A stretch of DNA of 40,000 bases, taken from positions 11,372-51,371 of the forward strand of contig JAZOTD010000036.1 in the NCBI GenBank assembly GCA_045657465.1, written 5' to 3'. Positions within the stretch are counted from its first letter, which is position 1, and each line of letters begins with the position of its first letter. Of this stretch, positions 23,305 to 32,949 are shown piece by piece. The notes under the pieces were generated by a model. The model ran no database searches, was not told the origin of the DNA, and saw only the letters and a program-made list of their open reading frames with translations. Position numbers and translations under genes: made by a program. Source of the stretch: Clostridia bacterium. GTDB lineage: Bacteria > Bacillota > Clostridia > Christensenellales > UBA1242.

Positions 23305-26106
23305 CTAATTTAAAACATTTTTGAGTGCTTGACCAGTGTAAGACTGTGAAACTCTTGCAACTTGCTCTGGAGTTCCTTGAGCAACAATAGTTCCACCTCG
23401 GTCACCACCTTCAGGCCCAATATCAATTATATGGTCTGCAACCTTGATAAAATCAAGATTGTGTTCAATTACAACCACACTGTTGCCTGTTGAAACAAGT
23501 CTTTGAAGAATTGCTATCAACTTTTCAACGTCATAAGTGTGTAAACCAGTTGTTGGCTCATCTAAAATATATAATGTTTTGCCAGTTGCTCTCTTCGAAA
23601 GTTCTGTTGCAAGCTTAACTCTCTGTGCTTCACCACCTGAAAGCGTTGTTGCTGACTGGCCAAGAGTGATATATCCCAAACCAACATCATAAAGCGTTTG
23701 CAATTTATTTTTAATAGATGGCAAGTTATAGAAGAATTGCAAGGCATCTTCAACTGTCATGTTAAGCACGTCATTAATAGTCTTGCCCTTATATTTGATT
23801 TCAAGCGTGTTTTTGTTATAGCGTTTACCTTTACATTCATCACAAGTAACATAAACATCTGGCAAGAAATGCATTTCAATCTTAAGCACCCCATCACCAC
23901 CACAGGCTTCACATCTTCCACCTTTTACATTGAAACTAAATCTTCCAGCAGTGTAACCTTTTGCTTTAGATTCAGGCACAGACGCAAAAAGCTCACGTAT
24001 TGCAGAAAACACACCTGTGTATGTAACTGGATTGCTTCGTGGAGTTCTTCCTATTGGACTTTGATCAATAACAACAACCTTATCAATATGTTCAATGCCT
24101 TTAATGTCTTTATAAATACCTTCTGGCAAATTAGAACCATTTATTCTGTTTGCAACTGCAGGATAAAGCACTTCATTAATCAAACTTGACTTTCCACTAC
24201 CTGAAACACCAGTAACAGCAACCAAATTTCCAAGTGGGATTTTCACATTGATATTTTTCAAATTATTCTGCTTAGCCCCGATAATTTCAAGTATTCTGTC
24301 AGACATAGCTCTACGATTTTCAGGTACTTTTATGCCACGTCTTCCCGATAAATATGCACCAGTTATAGAATTTTCAACCTGTGCAATTTCTGCTGGTGTT
24401 CCTGCTGCTATGATTCGACCACCATGCACCCCTGCCATTGGTCCAACATCTACAATATAGTCAGCTGACCTAATTGTGTCTTCATCATGCTCAACAACCA
24501 AAACACTATTACCTAAATCTCTCAAATGTTTCAAAGTTCCAATAAGCTTGTTTGTGTCTCTTGGGTGCAAACCAATACTTGGTTCATCTAATATATACAA
24601 AACACCCATAAGCCCACTTCCAATTTGAGTTGCAAGTCTAATTCTTTGAGCTTCACCACCAGACAATGTGTACGCAGTTCTTGAAAGAGTGAGATATTCA
24701 AGCCCAACATTAAGCAAAAATTGAAGTCTGGCTTTAATTTCCTTAAAAATCCCTGCTGAAATTGCCCTTTCTTTTTCCGTCAAATTCAACTCTTCAATCC
24801 ACTTAAGCATTGATGTTACATTCATCTCAGTCACGTCAATAATAGATTTTCCTGCGATTTTAACTGACAAAGCCTGTTTATTTAAACGCTTTCCATAGCA
24901 ACTTTGGCAAGGTTTTGTAACCATATATTTTTCAATTTCATTTTTCACAAAATCACTTTGTGCATTTTCATGTCGGCGATATAAGTTTGGAATAATTCCT
25001 TCATATCTGCCAGCAAAAACATTACCGTTTGCAGTCACCATCTTCAATTTTTCGCCATTAGTTCCATAAAATAGTTCATGCAAAGCTTCTTTTGGATAAT
25101 CTTTAAGCGGAGTTGTCATATTGATGTTATATTTATCAATCACCCCTCTAAAAAACATATTTCCAAAACCATAATCACCCCAGCCAAACACTGAAACAGC
25201 CCCTTCTAAAAGCGACAAATTCCAATCTTTGACAAGCAATGACTCTTCAATAATCATCTTTGAACCAATACCCAAACATTCTGGGCATGCACCTATTGGA
25301 GTGTTAAAACTAAAGAGTCTTGAAGAAATCTCATTAAATGAAAACCCACAATTTGGACAACTGTGCTTTGTTGAGTATAAAAACTCACTTCCGTTTGTGT
25401 CCACAATAACCACACCATCGGCAAGTTTAACTGCGGTTTCAATGCTTTCTGCTAGTCTTGTTTCAATGCCATCTTTGCGAATAAGTCGATCAATAACCAC
25501 TGAAATATCATGTTTTTTCTTTTTATCAAGCACAATTTCATCATCAATGCTATAAATTGTGCCATCAACCTTGAGCCTGATATAACCTTTCTTTCTAAAT
25601 TCTTCAAAAAGCTCTCTATATTCTCCTGTTTTTCTGCGAATAACAGGCGCAATAACCATAATCTTTGAACCATCTTCACAAGCCATAACTTTGTTAACAA
25701 TGTTATCAATTGATGAAGAATTGATTGGAATGTTGCAATTTACACAATATGGAACACCAATATTTGCAAACAAAAGCCTTAAATAATCATAAATTTCAGT
25801 AACAGTGCCCACTGTTGACCTTGGGTTTGATGATGTTGTCTTTTGATCAATTGCAATTGCTGGAGAAAGCCCGTCAATCTCATCAACATCAGGTTTTTTC
25901 ATTTGCCCCATAAATTGCCTAGCATAAGAAGACAAAGATTCCATATATCTTCTTTGTCCTTCAGCAAAAATCGTATCAAATGCCAAACTAGACTTTCCGC
26001 TACCTGAAAGTCCTGTGAGCACAACCAATTTGTTTCGTGGAATGTCAAGATTGATGTTTTTTAGGTTGTTTTCTCTTGCACCAACAATTCTAATAAAATT
26101 ATCCAT
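23305..26106 (-). CDS. uvrA: Excinuclease ABC subunit A
   Basis: 933 aa. [35 protein letters not shown], two ABC modules (LSGGEAQR twice), and zinc-finger Cys pairs. Confidence 0.97.
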   Translation of the reverse strand: MDNFIRIVGARENNLKNINLDIPRNKLVVLTGLSGSGKSSLAFDTIFAEGQRRYMESLSSYARQFMGQMKKPDVDEIDGLSPAIAIDQKTTSSNPRSTVGTVTEIYDYLRLLFANIGVPYCVNCNIPINSSSIDNIVNKVMACEDGSKIMVIAPVIRRKTGEYRELFEEFRKKGYIRLKVDGTIYSIDDEIVLDKKKKHDISVVIDRLIRKDGIETRLAESIETAVKLADGVVIVDTNGSEFLYSTKHSCPNCGFSFNEISSRLFSFNTPIGACPECLGIGSKMIIEESLLVKDWNLSLLEGAVSVFGWGDYGFGNMFFRGVIDKYNINMTTPLKDYPKEALHELFYGTNGEKLKMVTANGNVFAGRYEGIIPNLYRRHENAQSDFVKNEIEKYMVTKPCQSCYGKRLNKQALSVKIAGKSIIDVTEMNVTSMLKWIEELNLTEKERAISAGIFKEIKARLQFLLNVGLEYLTLSRTAYTLSGGEAQRIRLATQIGSGLMGVLYILDEPSIGLHPRDTNKLIGTLKHLRDLGNSVLVVEHDEDTIRSADYIVDVGPMAGVHGGRIIAAGTPAEIAQVENSITGAYLSGRRGIKVPENRRAMSDRILEIIGAKQNNLKNINVKIPLGNLVAVTGVSGSGKSSLINEVLYPAVANRINGSNLPEGIYKDIKGIEHIDKVVVIDQSPIGRTPRSNPVTYTGVFSAIRELFASVPESKAKGYTAGRFSFNVKGGRCEACGGDGVLKIEMHFLPDVYVTCDECKGKRYNKNTLEIKYKGKTINDVLNMTVEDALQFFYNLPSIKNKLQTLYDVGLGYITLGQSATTLSGGEAQRVKLATELSKRATGKTLYILDEPTTGLHTYDVEKLIAILQRLVSTGNSVVVIEHNLDFIKVADHIIDIGPEGGDRGGTIVAQGTPEQVARVSQSYTGQALKNVLN

Positions 26107-26171
26107 ACATCTCCTTAAATGCCTATATTTTCAGCATTTATGCAGTATTATGTCAAACATAACACCTCTAT

Positions 26172-28217
26172 TTATCTAGATTTATGAGACTTTCTTGTTC
26201 GTTCATAAACCTTGTCTCTAACCTTTTCGATTTTCTTTGTTCTATTCACAGTTTTTCCTTCTGCTTTGGCTTTTAGCTCTTCGATTTTGTCACGAAGTTC
26301 TATTGCTTTTTCAAAGTCCAATGACTTAACAGCCACATTCATAAGTGCTGTGAGTGATTCAATTTGTCTAATGAGTTCCTCTGGCTTCATTGACGCCACA
26401 TCACTCTCTTTGTTAGTGATTTTTAGCGTATTTACAATGTCTTTTATGATTGTTTTTGGCACAATTCCATGCTCTTTGTTATACGCCTTTTGAATCTCTC
26501 TTCTTCTATTTGTTTCATCAATCGCCTTTTTTAAGCTATCCGTCATCACATCGGCATACATAACAACCCTGCCTTCTGCATTTCTTGCAGCTCTTCCTAT
26601 TGTTTGTATGAGTGCACCAGTGCTTCTTAAAAAACCTTCTTTATCCGCATCTAGTATGGCAACCAAATTAACTTCAGGAAGGTCTAAACCTTCTCTTAAG
26701 AGATTAATTCCCACCAAAACATCACTTTCGCCACTTCGAAGCTCATTTATGACGGCAATTCGATCCATTGCCTTAATTTCAGAATGCAAATATGTGGTTT
26801 TTATGCCGACTTCGCTTAAATACTTCGACAACTGCTCTGCCATTTTCTTTGTAAGCGTAGTTACCAAACATCTTCCGCCACTCTCAATTGTTTTATTCAG
26901 CTCTCCAATAAGGTCATCCACTTGATTCTTAACCGGCTTAACCACAACTTCTGGGTCTAACAGCCCTGTCGGTCTAATAATTTGTTCAACAACATTGTCT
27001 TGATGTTCCATTTCATAAACACCAGGAGTTGCTGAAACACAAATAATTTGATGATATTTCTTGTCAAACTCATCAAATGTGAGTGGTCTATTGTCATAAG
27101 CCGACTTAATTCTAAAACCATATTCAACAAGTGCGTCTTTTCTCGACCTATCTCCATTATACATTGCCCTAATCTGTGGCAATGTCATATGGCTTTCATC
27201 AACCAAGAGCAAAAAGTCATCTGGAAAATAATCCATAAGTGTGTATGGTGTTTCTCCAGGCTGTCTGCCATCAAAATATCTTGAATAGTTCTCAATTCCG
27301 CTACAATAACCTATTTCACGGAGCATTTCAATGTCATAAGATGTGCGCTGTTTCAATCTTTCAGCTTCCAATATCTTGCCTTGAGCCTGCATATCAGCCA
27401 CTTCTTTTTCCATATCTGCTTGGATTTGCGCAAGACACTCTTCCATCTTCTTTGACCCAACGGCATAGTGTGTTGCTGGATATATCGCAATATGGTCAAG
27501 TGTTGACACAACCCTTCCTGAAACGCTTTCTATTTCACAAATACGATCAATTTCATCACCAAAAAACTCAATTCTAATCGAATATTCACTGCTGTTTGAT
27601 GGAAAAACTTCAAGTGTGTCACCACGCACTCTAAACGTTCCACGAACAAAATCGATATCATTTCTTTTATATTGGTTTTCAACTAGTCTTAAAATAATAT
27701 CATCTCGTGAAATTTCCATACCTGGTCTAAGCGAAACCGCCTGTTTGTGATACTCACTAGGCTCTCCCAAACCATAAATACACGAAACCGATGCAACAAT
27801 AATAACATCTCTTCTTTCAAATAATGCACAAGTCGCAGAGTGCCTGAGCTTGTCTATTTCATCATTGATTTGAAGTTCTTTTTCAATGTATGTGTCAGAT
27901 GAAGCAATATAGGCTTCTGGCTGATAATAATCATAATAAGACACAAAATAACCAACCGAGTTGTTTGGAAAGAACTCTCTAAACTCATTGCAGAGCTGTG
28001 CAGCCAATGTTTTGTTGTGCGCAATGACAAGTGTTGGTCTTTGAACTTTTTCAATAATATTGGCCATAGTAAAAGTCTTACCGCTTCCGGTAACACCGAG
28101 TAACACCTGCGTTCTAAGTCCATCATTCAATCCTTCAACCAAACTTTCAATCGCTTGTGGTTGGTCGCCTGTAGGCTTGAATTTTGACGCAATTTCAAAT
28201 CTTTTTTCTTCTGCCAT
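26172..28217 (-). CDS. uvrB: Excinuclease ABC subunit B
   Basis: 681 aa. [23 protein letters not shown], helicase motifs, and a C-terminal UVR coiled-coil domain ([15 protein letters not shown]). Confidence 0.97.
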   Translation of the reverse strand: MAEEKRFEIASKFKPTGDQPQAIESLVEGLNDGLRTQVLLGVTGSGKTFTMANIIEKVQRPTLVIAHNKTLAAQLCNEFREFFPNNSVGYFVSYYDYYQPEAYIASSDTYIEKELQINDEIDKLRHSATCALFERRDVIIVASVSCIYGLGEPSEYHKQAVSLRPGMEISRDDIILRLVENQYKRNDIDFVRGTFRVRGDTLEVFPSNSSEYSIRIEFFGDEIDRICEIESVSGRVVSTLDHIAIYPATHYAVGSKKMEECLAQIQADMEKEVADMQAQGKILEAERLKQRTSYDIEMLREIGYCSGIENYSRYFDGRQPGETPYTLMDYFPDDFLLLVDESHMTLPQIRAMYNGDRSRKDALVEYGFRIKSAYDNRPLTFDEFDKKYHQIICVSATPGVYEMEHQDNVVEQIIRPTGLLDPEVVVKPVKNQVDDLIGELNKTIESGGRCLVTTLTKKMAEQLSKYLSEVGIKTTYLHSEIKAMDRIAVINELRSGESDVLVGINLLREGLDLPEVNLVAILDADKEGFLRSTGALIQTIGRAARNAEGRVVMYADVMTDSLKKAIDETNRRREIQKAYNKEHGIVPKTIIKDIVNTLKITNKESDVASMKPEELIRQIESLTALMNVAVKSLDFEKAIELRDKIEELKAKAEGKTVNRTKKIEKVRDKVYERTRKSHKSR

Positions 28218-28254
28218 ACACTTTCATTATAACCAATTTAAATTTATTTACAAT

Positions 28255-28704
28255 TTAACGTTTAAATTTGTTAAAGTAATATTCAATTCCTGCCTTTTGA
28301 TAAGGAAAAGGAATCAAATCAATAACATCTTTGCTATCAACATAAACCCTTGTGTGCCAGTCTTCAAGTGGTGTTTGTTTTGTTTCTTCTTTAAGTTTGA
28401 CAACAAATATATGTGCATATCTTTCACATCCGGTCTTTCCATCTCTCCAATTCCAAAAACAATGCACCCTAACAAGCTCTTCAGCAGATTCTATTTCATA
28501 ACCTGCTTCTTCTAAAAACTCGCGTCTAATGGCTTCTTCTGGAGTTTCACCTTCTTCAATTCCACCACCAGGCATCGAATGGTTTCTGTCTTTGTGAGTA
28601 TAGACAAGCATAAACTGCCCGTCTTTTTCAACCAATCCAAAACATACTTTTCTAAAGTCATAGGTTCTATCTTCTAATTTTTCACCAACTTCAAGAATCT
28701 CCAT
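28255..28704 (-). CDS. NUDIX hydrolase
   Basis: Nudix box GGGIEEGETPEEAIRREFLEEAGYE. SD AAGGAG lies 5 nt upstream. Confidence 0.85.
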   Translation of the reverse strand: MEILEVGEKLEDRTYDFRKVCFGLVEKDGQFMLVYTHKDRNHSMPGGGIEEGETPEEAIRREFLEEAGYEIESAEELVRVHCFWNWRDGKTGCERYAHIFVVKLKEETKQTPLEDWHTRVYVDSKDVIDLIPFPYQKAGIEYYFNKFKR

Positions 28705-28713
28705 ATTAGCTCC

Positions 28714-29349
28714 TTATCCATTTTGATTTTTGCTAAAACAAGGCTTTCCTAAAAGCAATGTTCGAAGCTTGTCAATGCCAAGGTCTTCTTTTTTGAAATT
28801 AAACCCATATCCATTAAGTTCATCAATTAGCATTGCTCTTTGCACTTCAACATCTTCAACCCCATAATAATCAGGATTGTCATAATAAAGCACCAAACCA
28901 ACATTGTCAATATCTTGAATTTGAATCATGCTTTTCATATCGTCAATTTTGTATTGATAATCTCTTTTAAATGTGTCAAAAATCAAATACCAACCTGCGC
29001 CTTCAATTTCCGCTTGAATCTGCTTAAACTCGTCCATATCACATTCAAAACGGTCTTCACCAGCACGGTCATAAGCATTAAAGTTTTCAAAACGCATAGA
29101 AACATCATATTTTCCATTCCATTTTTTGCCACCAACACCATTGCCTATTCTAAAACGCACACATGCATTTTTGATTTGATTTTCCGTCATCTTCTCAAGT
29201 TCAGCAAATTTCTTGTTGGTCCAATAAAGATCATGCGTTTCGCAATTAAACACATTAACCGCACCCACATCATCTAAAATTTTTTCATATATTTCAGGCT
29301 CTCCTTCTAAAAGCATTCCTACTTCAACAATGGTTTTTTCTTCCATAAC
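28714..29349 (-). CDS. Cytoplasmic protein of unknown function (weak CYTH-like pattern)
   Basis: I use the ATG at 29349 (MEEKTIVEV...), which has AAGGAG 7 nt upstream. The track's longer start (29397) lies inside the predicted promoter. Confidence 0.6.
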   Translation of the reverse strand, partial: VMEEKTIVEVGMLLEGEPEIYEKILDDVGAVNVFNCETHDLYWTNKKFAELEKMTENQIKNACVRFRIGNGVGGKKWNGKYDVSMRFENFNAYDRAGEDRFECDMDEFKQIQAEIEGAGWYLIFDTFKRDYQYKIDDMKSMIQIQDIDNVGLVLYYDNPDYYGVEDVEVQRAMLIDELNGYGFNFKKEDLGIDKLRTLLLGKPCFSKNQNG

Positions 29350-29368
29350 AAATCTCCTTAACACTTGT

Positions 29369-29397
29369 ATTATAAAAAAATTGCGAAAACAACGCAA
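29369..29397 (-). promoter_or_regulatory. Sigma-A-type promoter of the hyp-nudix-uvrB-uvrA gene string, with an embedded palindrome
   Basis: Minus strand reads TTGCGT (plus 29392-29397), a 17-nt spacer, then TATAAT (plus 29369-29374). The inverted repeat TTGCG-N7-CGCAA (29381-29397) overlaps the -35 and the spacer. Confidence 0.55.
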
Positions 29398-29400
29398 ACA

Positions 29401-29427
29401 AAAAGCCTAGATAATATCTAGACTTTT
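29401..29427 (-). terminator. Hairpin flanked by A4/T4 (terminator-like)
   Basis: AAAAGCCTAGAT-AAT-ATCTAGACTTTT, with one C/A mismatch. Confidence 0.4.
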
Positions 29428-29461
29428 GTATTATTATCCGTTGTATTATTTATCGGCTTAT

Positions 29462-29590
29462 ATTTTAGGTCAAAATTTGAGTGCAGTGCAAGAAATAGAA
29501 AAACTCCCAGGCAGGATTTTACTCACGTAAATGAGTGTCTGGGAGTTTTGATAATTTCAAAGCAATGTGCTTAATATTTTGACCTAAAAT
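29462..29590. repeat. 129-nt imperfect palindrome (long nested hairpin) abutting the ABC permease stop
   Basis: Outer arms ATTTTAGGTCAAAAT (29462-29476) and ATTTTGACCTAAAAT (29576-29590) form a perfect 15-bp pairing. Inner arms AAAACTCCCAG (29500-29510) and CTGGGAGTTTT (29539-29549) form a perfect 11-bp pairing. The sequence between them is partly complementary. The central mini-hairpin is ACTCA/TGAGT (29521-29536). Confidence 0.7.
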
Positions 29591-31287
29591 TATTCACGGC
29601 GAAGTGCATCAATCGGTTGCATTCTAGATGCTTTGATTGCTGGGAACATACCAAAGATAAGACCAATCGCAGTGCAGAATCCTAAACTCATTCCAATAAC
29701 CCAGAATGGCATTGGGATCGCAAATCCAATAAAGTGTCCAATTATTGCACAACCAATCGCAGAAATTCCAAGACCAATTGCACCACCAATAAGTGAAAGC
29801 ATCAATGCTTCAACCAAGAACTGTGTCAAAATAGACGAACGTTTTGCACCAATCGCCTTTCTAACACCAATTTCACGAGTTCTTTCAGTAACTGCAACCA
29901 GCATGATATTCATAATGCCAATACCACCAATTACAAGCGAAACAACTGAAATAACGGTGAGCATAATTGTAAGTGTATTCATTACATTATCAACAATTGA
30001 CGCAACTGCGCTCATAGAGATAATCATAAAGTCTTGACCATACATTAAAAGTTTTTGAGACATAAACGCAGCTGTAACATCATTTATTCTATCTTCCATC
30101 ACATCTTCTGTTTTAAATCTCATATATGCATAAGATACAGGTGTTTCTTCAAGTGTCTTTTCTGTTTCACCAAGAGGAGCCAAGTTTGTTTCATCTAAAA
30201 GCATATATGCTGTGCCTTTAACAGAACTCATAATGAGATCAAAAATTGAAAAACTATCACTAGATCCAGATGTCATACTTGACATCATCATATTAGCTTT
30301 TTCTTTTAAAACACCACATATTGAATATGTTTTAACGTTGTCTTTTTCATAGATTTCTTTAATCTCTAATGGATTTGTCATATTTAAAGCCGCTTTATAT
30401 GGAGGCTCAATCAATTGAGTTTGTCCTGTGGAATTATCCACATATTCAACACCTTCAACAAGTCTTGTTTTTGCAAACTCATTGCTAAATGTGAAATAAT
30501 CAATTGAAACAATCAAATCATTTCCATCAACTTTTTTATCATTGACTGTAAAACCAATGTTTTTCATATATGTTTCAACAGCTAGAACAATATTATCGTC
30601 AACTGCCGTCATAAAATGAAACGTCAAGTCAACATAATATGTAACACCCAATGTAACATATCGATCCATTGCTTCTTCATTAGAAACATCTTTACCCAAA
30701 TATGTATCAATAAAATCTCTATCAACCAGCAACTCATCTACCGTTTCAGGAAATCTACCTTCATATTCAATATCATAAACACTGTCAAAATTCTTTGTCA
30801 CTGCCATAACTGATGACTTGCTTGGTGCTGGCTTTTCAAGATTTGCCTTCATACTGTTATAAATGGTTTTTTCAGACTCTGTCATTTTGTCATAAGTTTC
30901 TTTTGAAACAACAACCTTGTTAAAGGTCAAAAAATCTTGAATTAACTCACCATCTGCAATATCTGTCAAATCACTTGCAACAACCGCATTTTTTGAATAA
31001 ATCAACGAATAATCATAATAATCATCATTCTTTTTATTTCCTTGATTATTTTTCAAAACATAATCAGTTGCACTGTAAGTCATATTTTCAGAAGTGCTCA
31101 TCATGATTGCAAGTGTGCTTTGGGTTCTAATTTGTGAAACAACAGCTGTTTGCACACCAGATGCAACACTGGTTAAAAGCGCAACCGTCATCACACCAAT
31201 AATAATTCCAAGCATTGTAAGAAAACTTCTAAGTTTATTTGACCAAAGTGACTTTGAAGCCATTTTTATTGCTTGCCAAAGATGCAT
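29590..31287 (-). CDS. MacB/FtsX-type ABC transporter permease with an enlarged extracytoplasmic domain
   Basis: N-terminus LWSNKLRSFLTMLGIIIGV (MacB-type TM1), an extracytoplasmic region of about 380 aa, and a C-terminal FtsX three-TM bundle with TERTREIGVRKAIGA. Confidence 0.85.
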   Translation of the reverse strand: MHLWQAIKMASKSLWSNKLRSFLTMLGIIIGVMTVALLTSVASGVQTAVVSQIRTQSTLAIMMSTSENMTYSATDYVLKNNQGNKKNDDYYDYSLIYSKNAVVASDLTDIADGELIQDFLTFNKVVVSKETYDKMTESEKTIYNSMKANLEKPAPSKSSVMAVTKNFDSVYDIEYEGRFPETVDELLVDRDFIDTYLGKDVSNEEAMDRYVTLGVTYYVDLTFHFMTAVDDNIVLAVETYMKNIGFTVNDKKVDGNDLIVSIDYFTFSNEFAKTRLVEGVEYVDNSTGQTQLIEPPYKAALNMTNPLEIKEIYEKDNVKTYSICGVLKEKANMMMSSMTSGSSDSFSIFDLIMSSVKGTAYMLLDETNLAPLGETEKTLEETPVSYAYMRFKTEDVMEDRINDVTAAFMSQKLLMYGQDFMIISMSAVASIVDNVMNTLTIMLTVISVVSLVIGGIGIMNIMLVAVTERTREIGVRKAIGAKRSSILTQFLVEALMLSLIGGAIGLGISAIGCAIIGHFIGFAIPMPFWVIGMSLGFCTAIGLIFGMFPAIKASRMQPIDALRRE

Positions 31288-31288
31288 A

Positions 31289-32041
31289 TTAGTTTTCCTC
31301 CTTTGCTTTTTTTGTTCTGGTTTTTGGGAGCTTTTTTAAATCAACATCGGCATAAGTGTCAATGGCATCATTAACCACATCACTATCAATCTTTCCATCT
31401 TTAATATGCACTACACGTCTTGAAAGTTTTGCAATCTCGTCATTATGTGTAATAATCACAACTGTTGTGCCCTTCTTGTTTAAATCTTTCAAGATTTTCA
31501 TAATTTCATCACCAGTTTTGGTGTCAAGATTTCCTGTTGGTTCATCTGCTAAAATACACATTGGATTTGTTGCAAGAGCTCTAGCAATAGCAACTCTTTG
31601 TTGCTGACCACCCGAAAGTTCACTTGGTTTATGTTTCATTCTTTCTTTCATGCCAACAATTTCAAGTGCCTTTGTTACCCTTTGATGCCTTTCAGTTTTC
31701 TTTATTCCTTGATAAATAAGTGGAAGTTCAACATTTTCATAGGCGTTCATGTTATGCAACAGATTGAATCCCTGAAAAATAAACCCCATTTTTTTGTTAC
31801 GCAAAAAAGCAAGTTGATTTTCTGAATATTTTGAAACTTCAACCCCATCAATTAAATACTTTCCTTCTGTGGCAATATCAAGACAACCCACAATATTCAT
31901 CATTGTAGACTTTCCAGACCCTGATGGTCCAATAATTGTCACAAACTCCCCATCTTCAATTTTAAGCGAAACATCATCAAGCGCCTTAACGATATTATCA
32001 CCCATTTTGTAATATTTTTTTATATGCTTTAATTCAATCAA
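31289..32041 (-). CDS. ABC transporter ATP-binding protein (MacB/LolD-like)
   Basis: GPSGSGKST, LSGGQQQRVAIARAL and ILADEPTGNLD. TTG start with AAGGAG 8 nt upstream. Confidence 0.9.
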   Translation of the reverse strand: MIELKHIKKYYKMGDNIVKALDDVSLKIEDGEFVTIIGPSGSGKSTMMNIVGCLDIATEGKYLIDGVEVSKYSENQLAFLRNKKMGFIFQGFNLLHNMNAYENVELPLIYQGIKKTERHQRVTKALEIVGMKERMKHKPSELSGGQQQRVAIARALATNPMCILADEPTGNLDTKTGDEIMKILKDLNKKGTTVVIITHNDEIAKLSRRVVHIKDGKIDSDVVNDAIDTYADVDLKKLPKTRTKKAKEEN

Positions 32042-32164
32042 AGTCTTAACTCCTTAAATTTATGACACCATTATACGCAAATTCTAAAAAATCTAAAAAT
32101 GATTTTATTACATTTCCTTAAAATATTTTTATATAAAATATAATAATGCAAAATCACAGTTTCT

Positions 32165-32246
32165 TGTTACAGAAAAAAAGACACTGTAACATTTTTAACT
32201 CGTGATAATTTCAATATTTACATTAAAACGTATATTTGTTGTAACA
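32165..32246. promoter_or_regulatory. Candidate TetR operator(s) in the divergent ABC/tetR intergenic region
   Basis: TGTTACAG (32165-32172), an 11-nt spacer, then CTGTAACA (32184-32191), a perfect inverted repeat. A third half-site TGTAACA sits at 32240-32246. Confidence 0.4.
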
Positions 32247-32323
32247 CCATAAATTTATTTGCATAAACTCAAAAAATTATATGGATTAAAGTCATACTCG
32301 TTCAAAAATAGGAGCATGATATT

Positions 32324-32863
32324 ATGGAAGAAAAAGAAAACCTAACCAAAGGCTATATATATGACGCATTCAAATATTTGTTAAGACAAAAGAAATATGA
32401 CGACATTTCAGTATGTGACATCACTGAAAAAGCGGGTGTTTCAAGAATGTCTTTTTATCGCAATTTCAAATCAAAAGAAGACCTGCTTTATCAGGGCATT
32501 GATGTTATTTTCAGCAATTTAAGAAAAAAGTTTGTTGCTTGCGAAAATAAAAACATCTACACAGTAACAAAACTCATTTTTGAAACCTTCAAAGGATACA
32601 AAACCGAGCTCTTTTCATTATCAAACAGCAAAGTCACTCAAGCAATCTTAGACACTGTTCCTGAAAAACTAAAAGAAAATACTGATGATGATTACATGAA
32701 CAAAACTTCAAAATATATCCCTATCTTCTACTATGGAGCCATCACCACAGTTCTCTTTGATTGGCTAAAAAACGGAACTGAAGAACCACCAGAAGAAATG
32801 GCAAAAATGATTTCAGGACTCATAAACTTCGACATTCATGACGAATCACTTGTGGCCGAATAA
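32324..32863 (+). CDS. TetR/AcrR-family transcriptional regulator
   Basis: N-terminal HTH: ISVCDITEKAGVSRMSFYRNFKSKEDLL. 179 aa, divergent from the ABC pair. Confidence 0.85.
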   Translation: MEEKENLTKGYIYDAFKYLLRQKKYDDISVCDITEKAGVSRMSFYRNFKSKEDLLYQGIDVIFSNLRKKFVACENKNIYTVTKLIFETFKGYKTELFSLSNSKVTQAILDTVPEKLKENTDDDYMNKTSKYIPIFYYGAITTVLFDWLKNGTEEPPEEMAKMISGLINFDIHDESLVAE

Positions 32864-32914
32864 CACATCAAAAATCACAACAATCCCACTTATATTTTTC
32901 TTAATTATTAATGG

Positions 32915-32943
32915 TTGACAAATCTTTTTTGCGTGGTTATAAT
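32915..32943 (+). promoter_or_regulatory. Consensus sigma-A promoter of the glyQS leader
   Basis: TTGACA (32915-32920), a 17-nt spacer, then TATAAT (32938-32943). Confidence 0.75.
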
Positions 32944-32949
32944 ATACCC

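Noticed and set aside
23698-24189. A 163-aa antisense ORF inside uvrA. Similar shadow ORFs occur at 25229-25555, 26608-26925, 27239-27577, 28060-28515, 28840-29277, 29633-30037, 38098-38541 and 38818-39204.
   Set aside because: These are antisense or out-of-frame shadows of highly conserved genes. They have no RBS and biased, low-complexity composition. Long antisense ORFs are expected in AT-rich genes with strong codon bias.
26107-28254. LexA (Cheo box, GAAC-N4-GTTC) sites upstream of uvrA and uvrB.
   Set aside because: None was seen in the 65-nt and 37-nt spacers or at the 29369-29397 promoter. This negative result comes from reading only, not from a matrix scan.
29350-29397. An N-terminal 16-codon extension (MRCFRNFFIIQVLRRFV) of the 28714 CDS.
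   Set aside because: The extension overlaps the predicted -35/-10 promoter. The internal ATG at 29349 has a strong AAGGAG SD.
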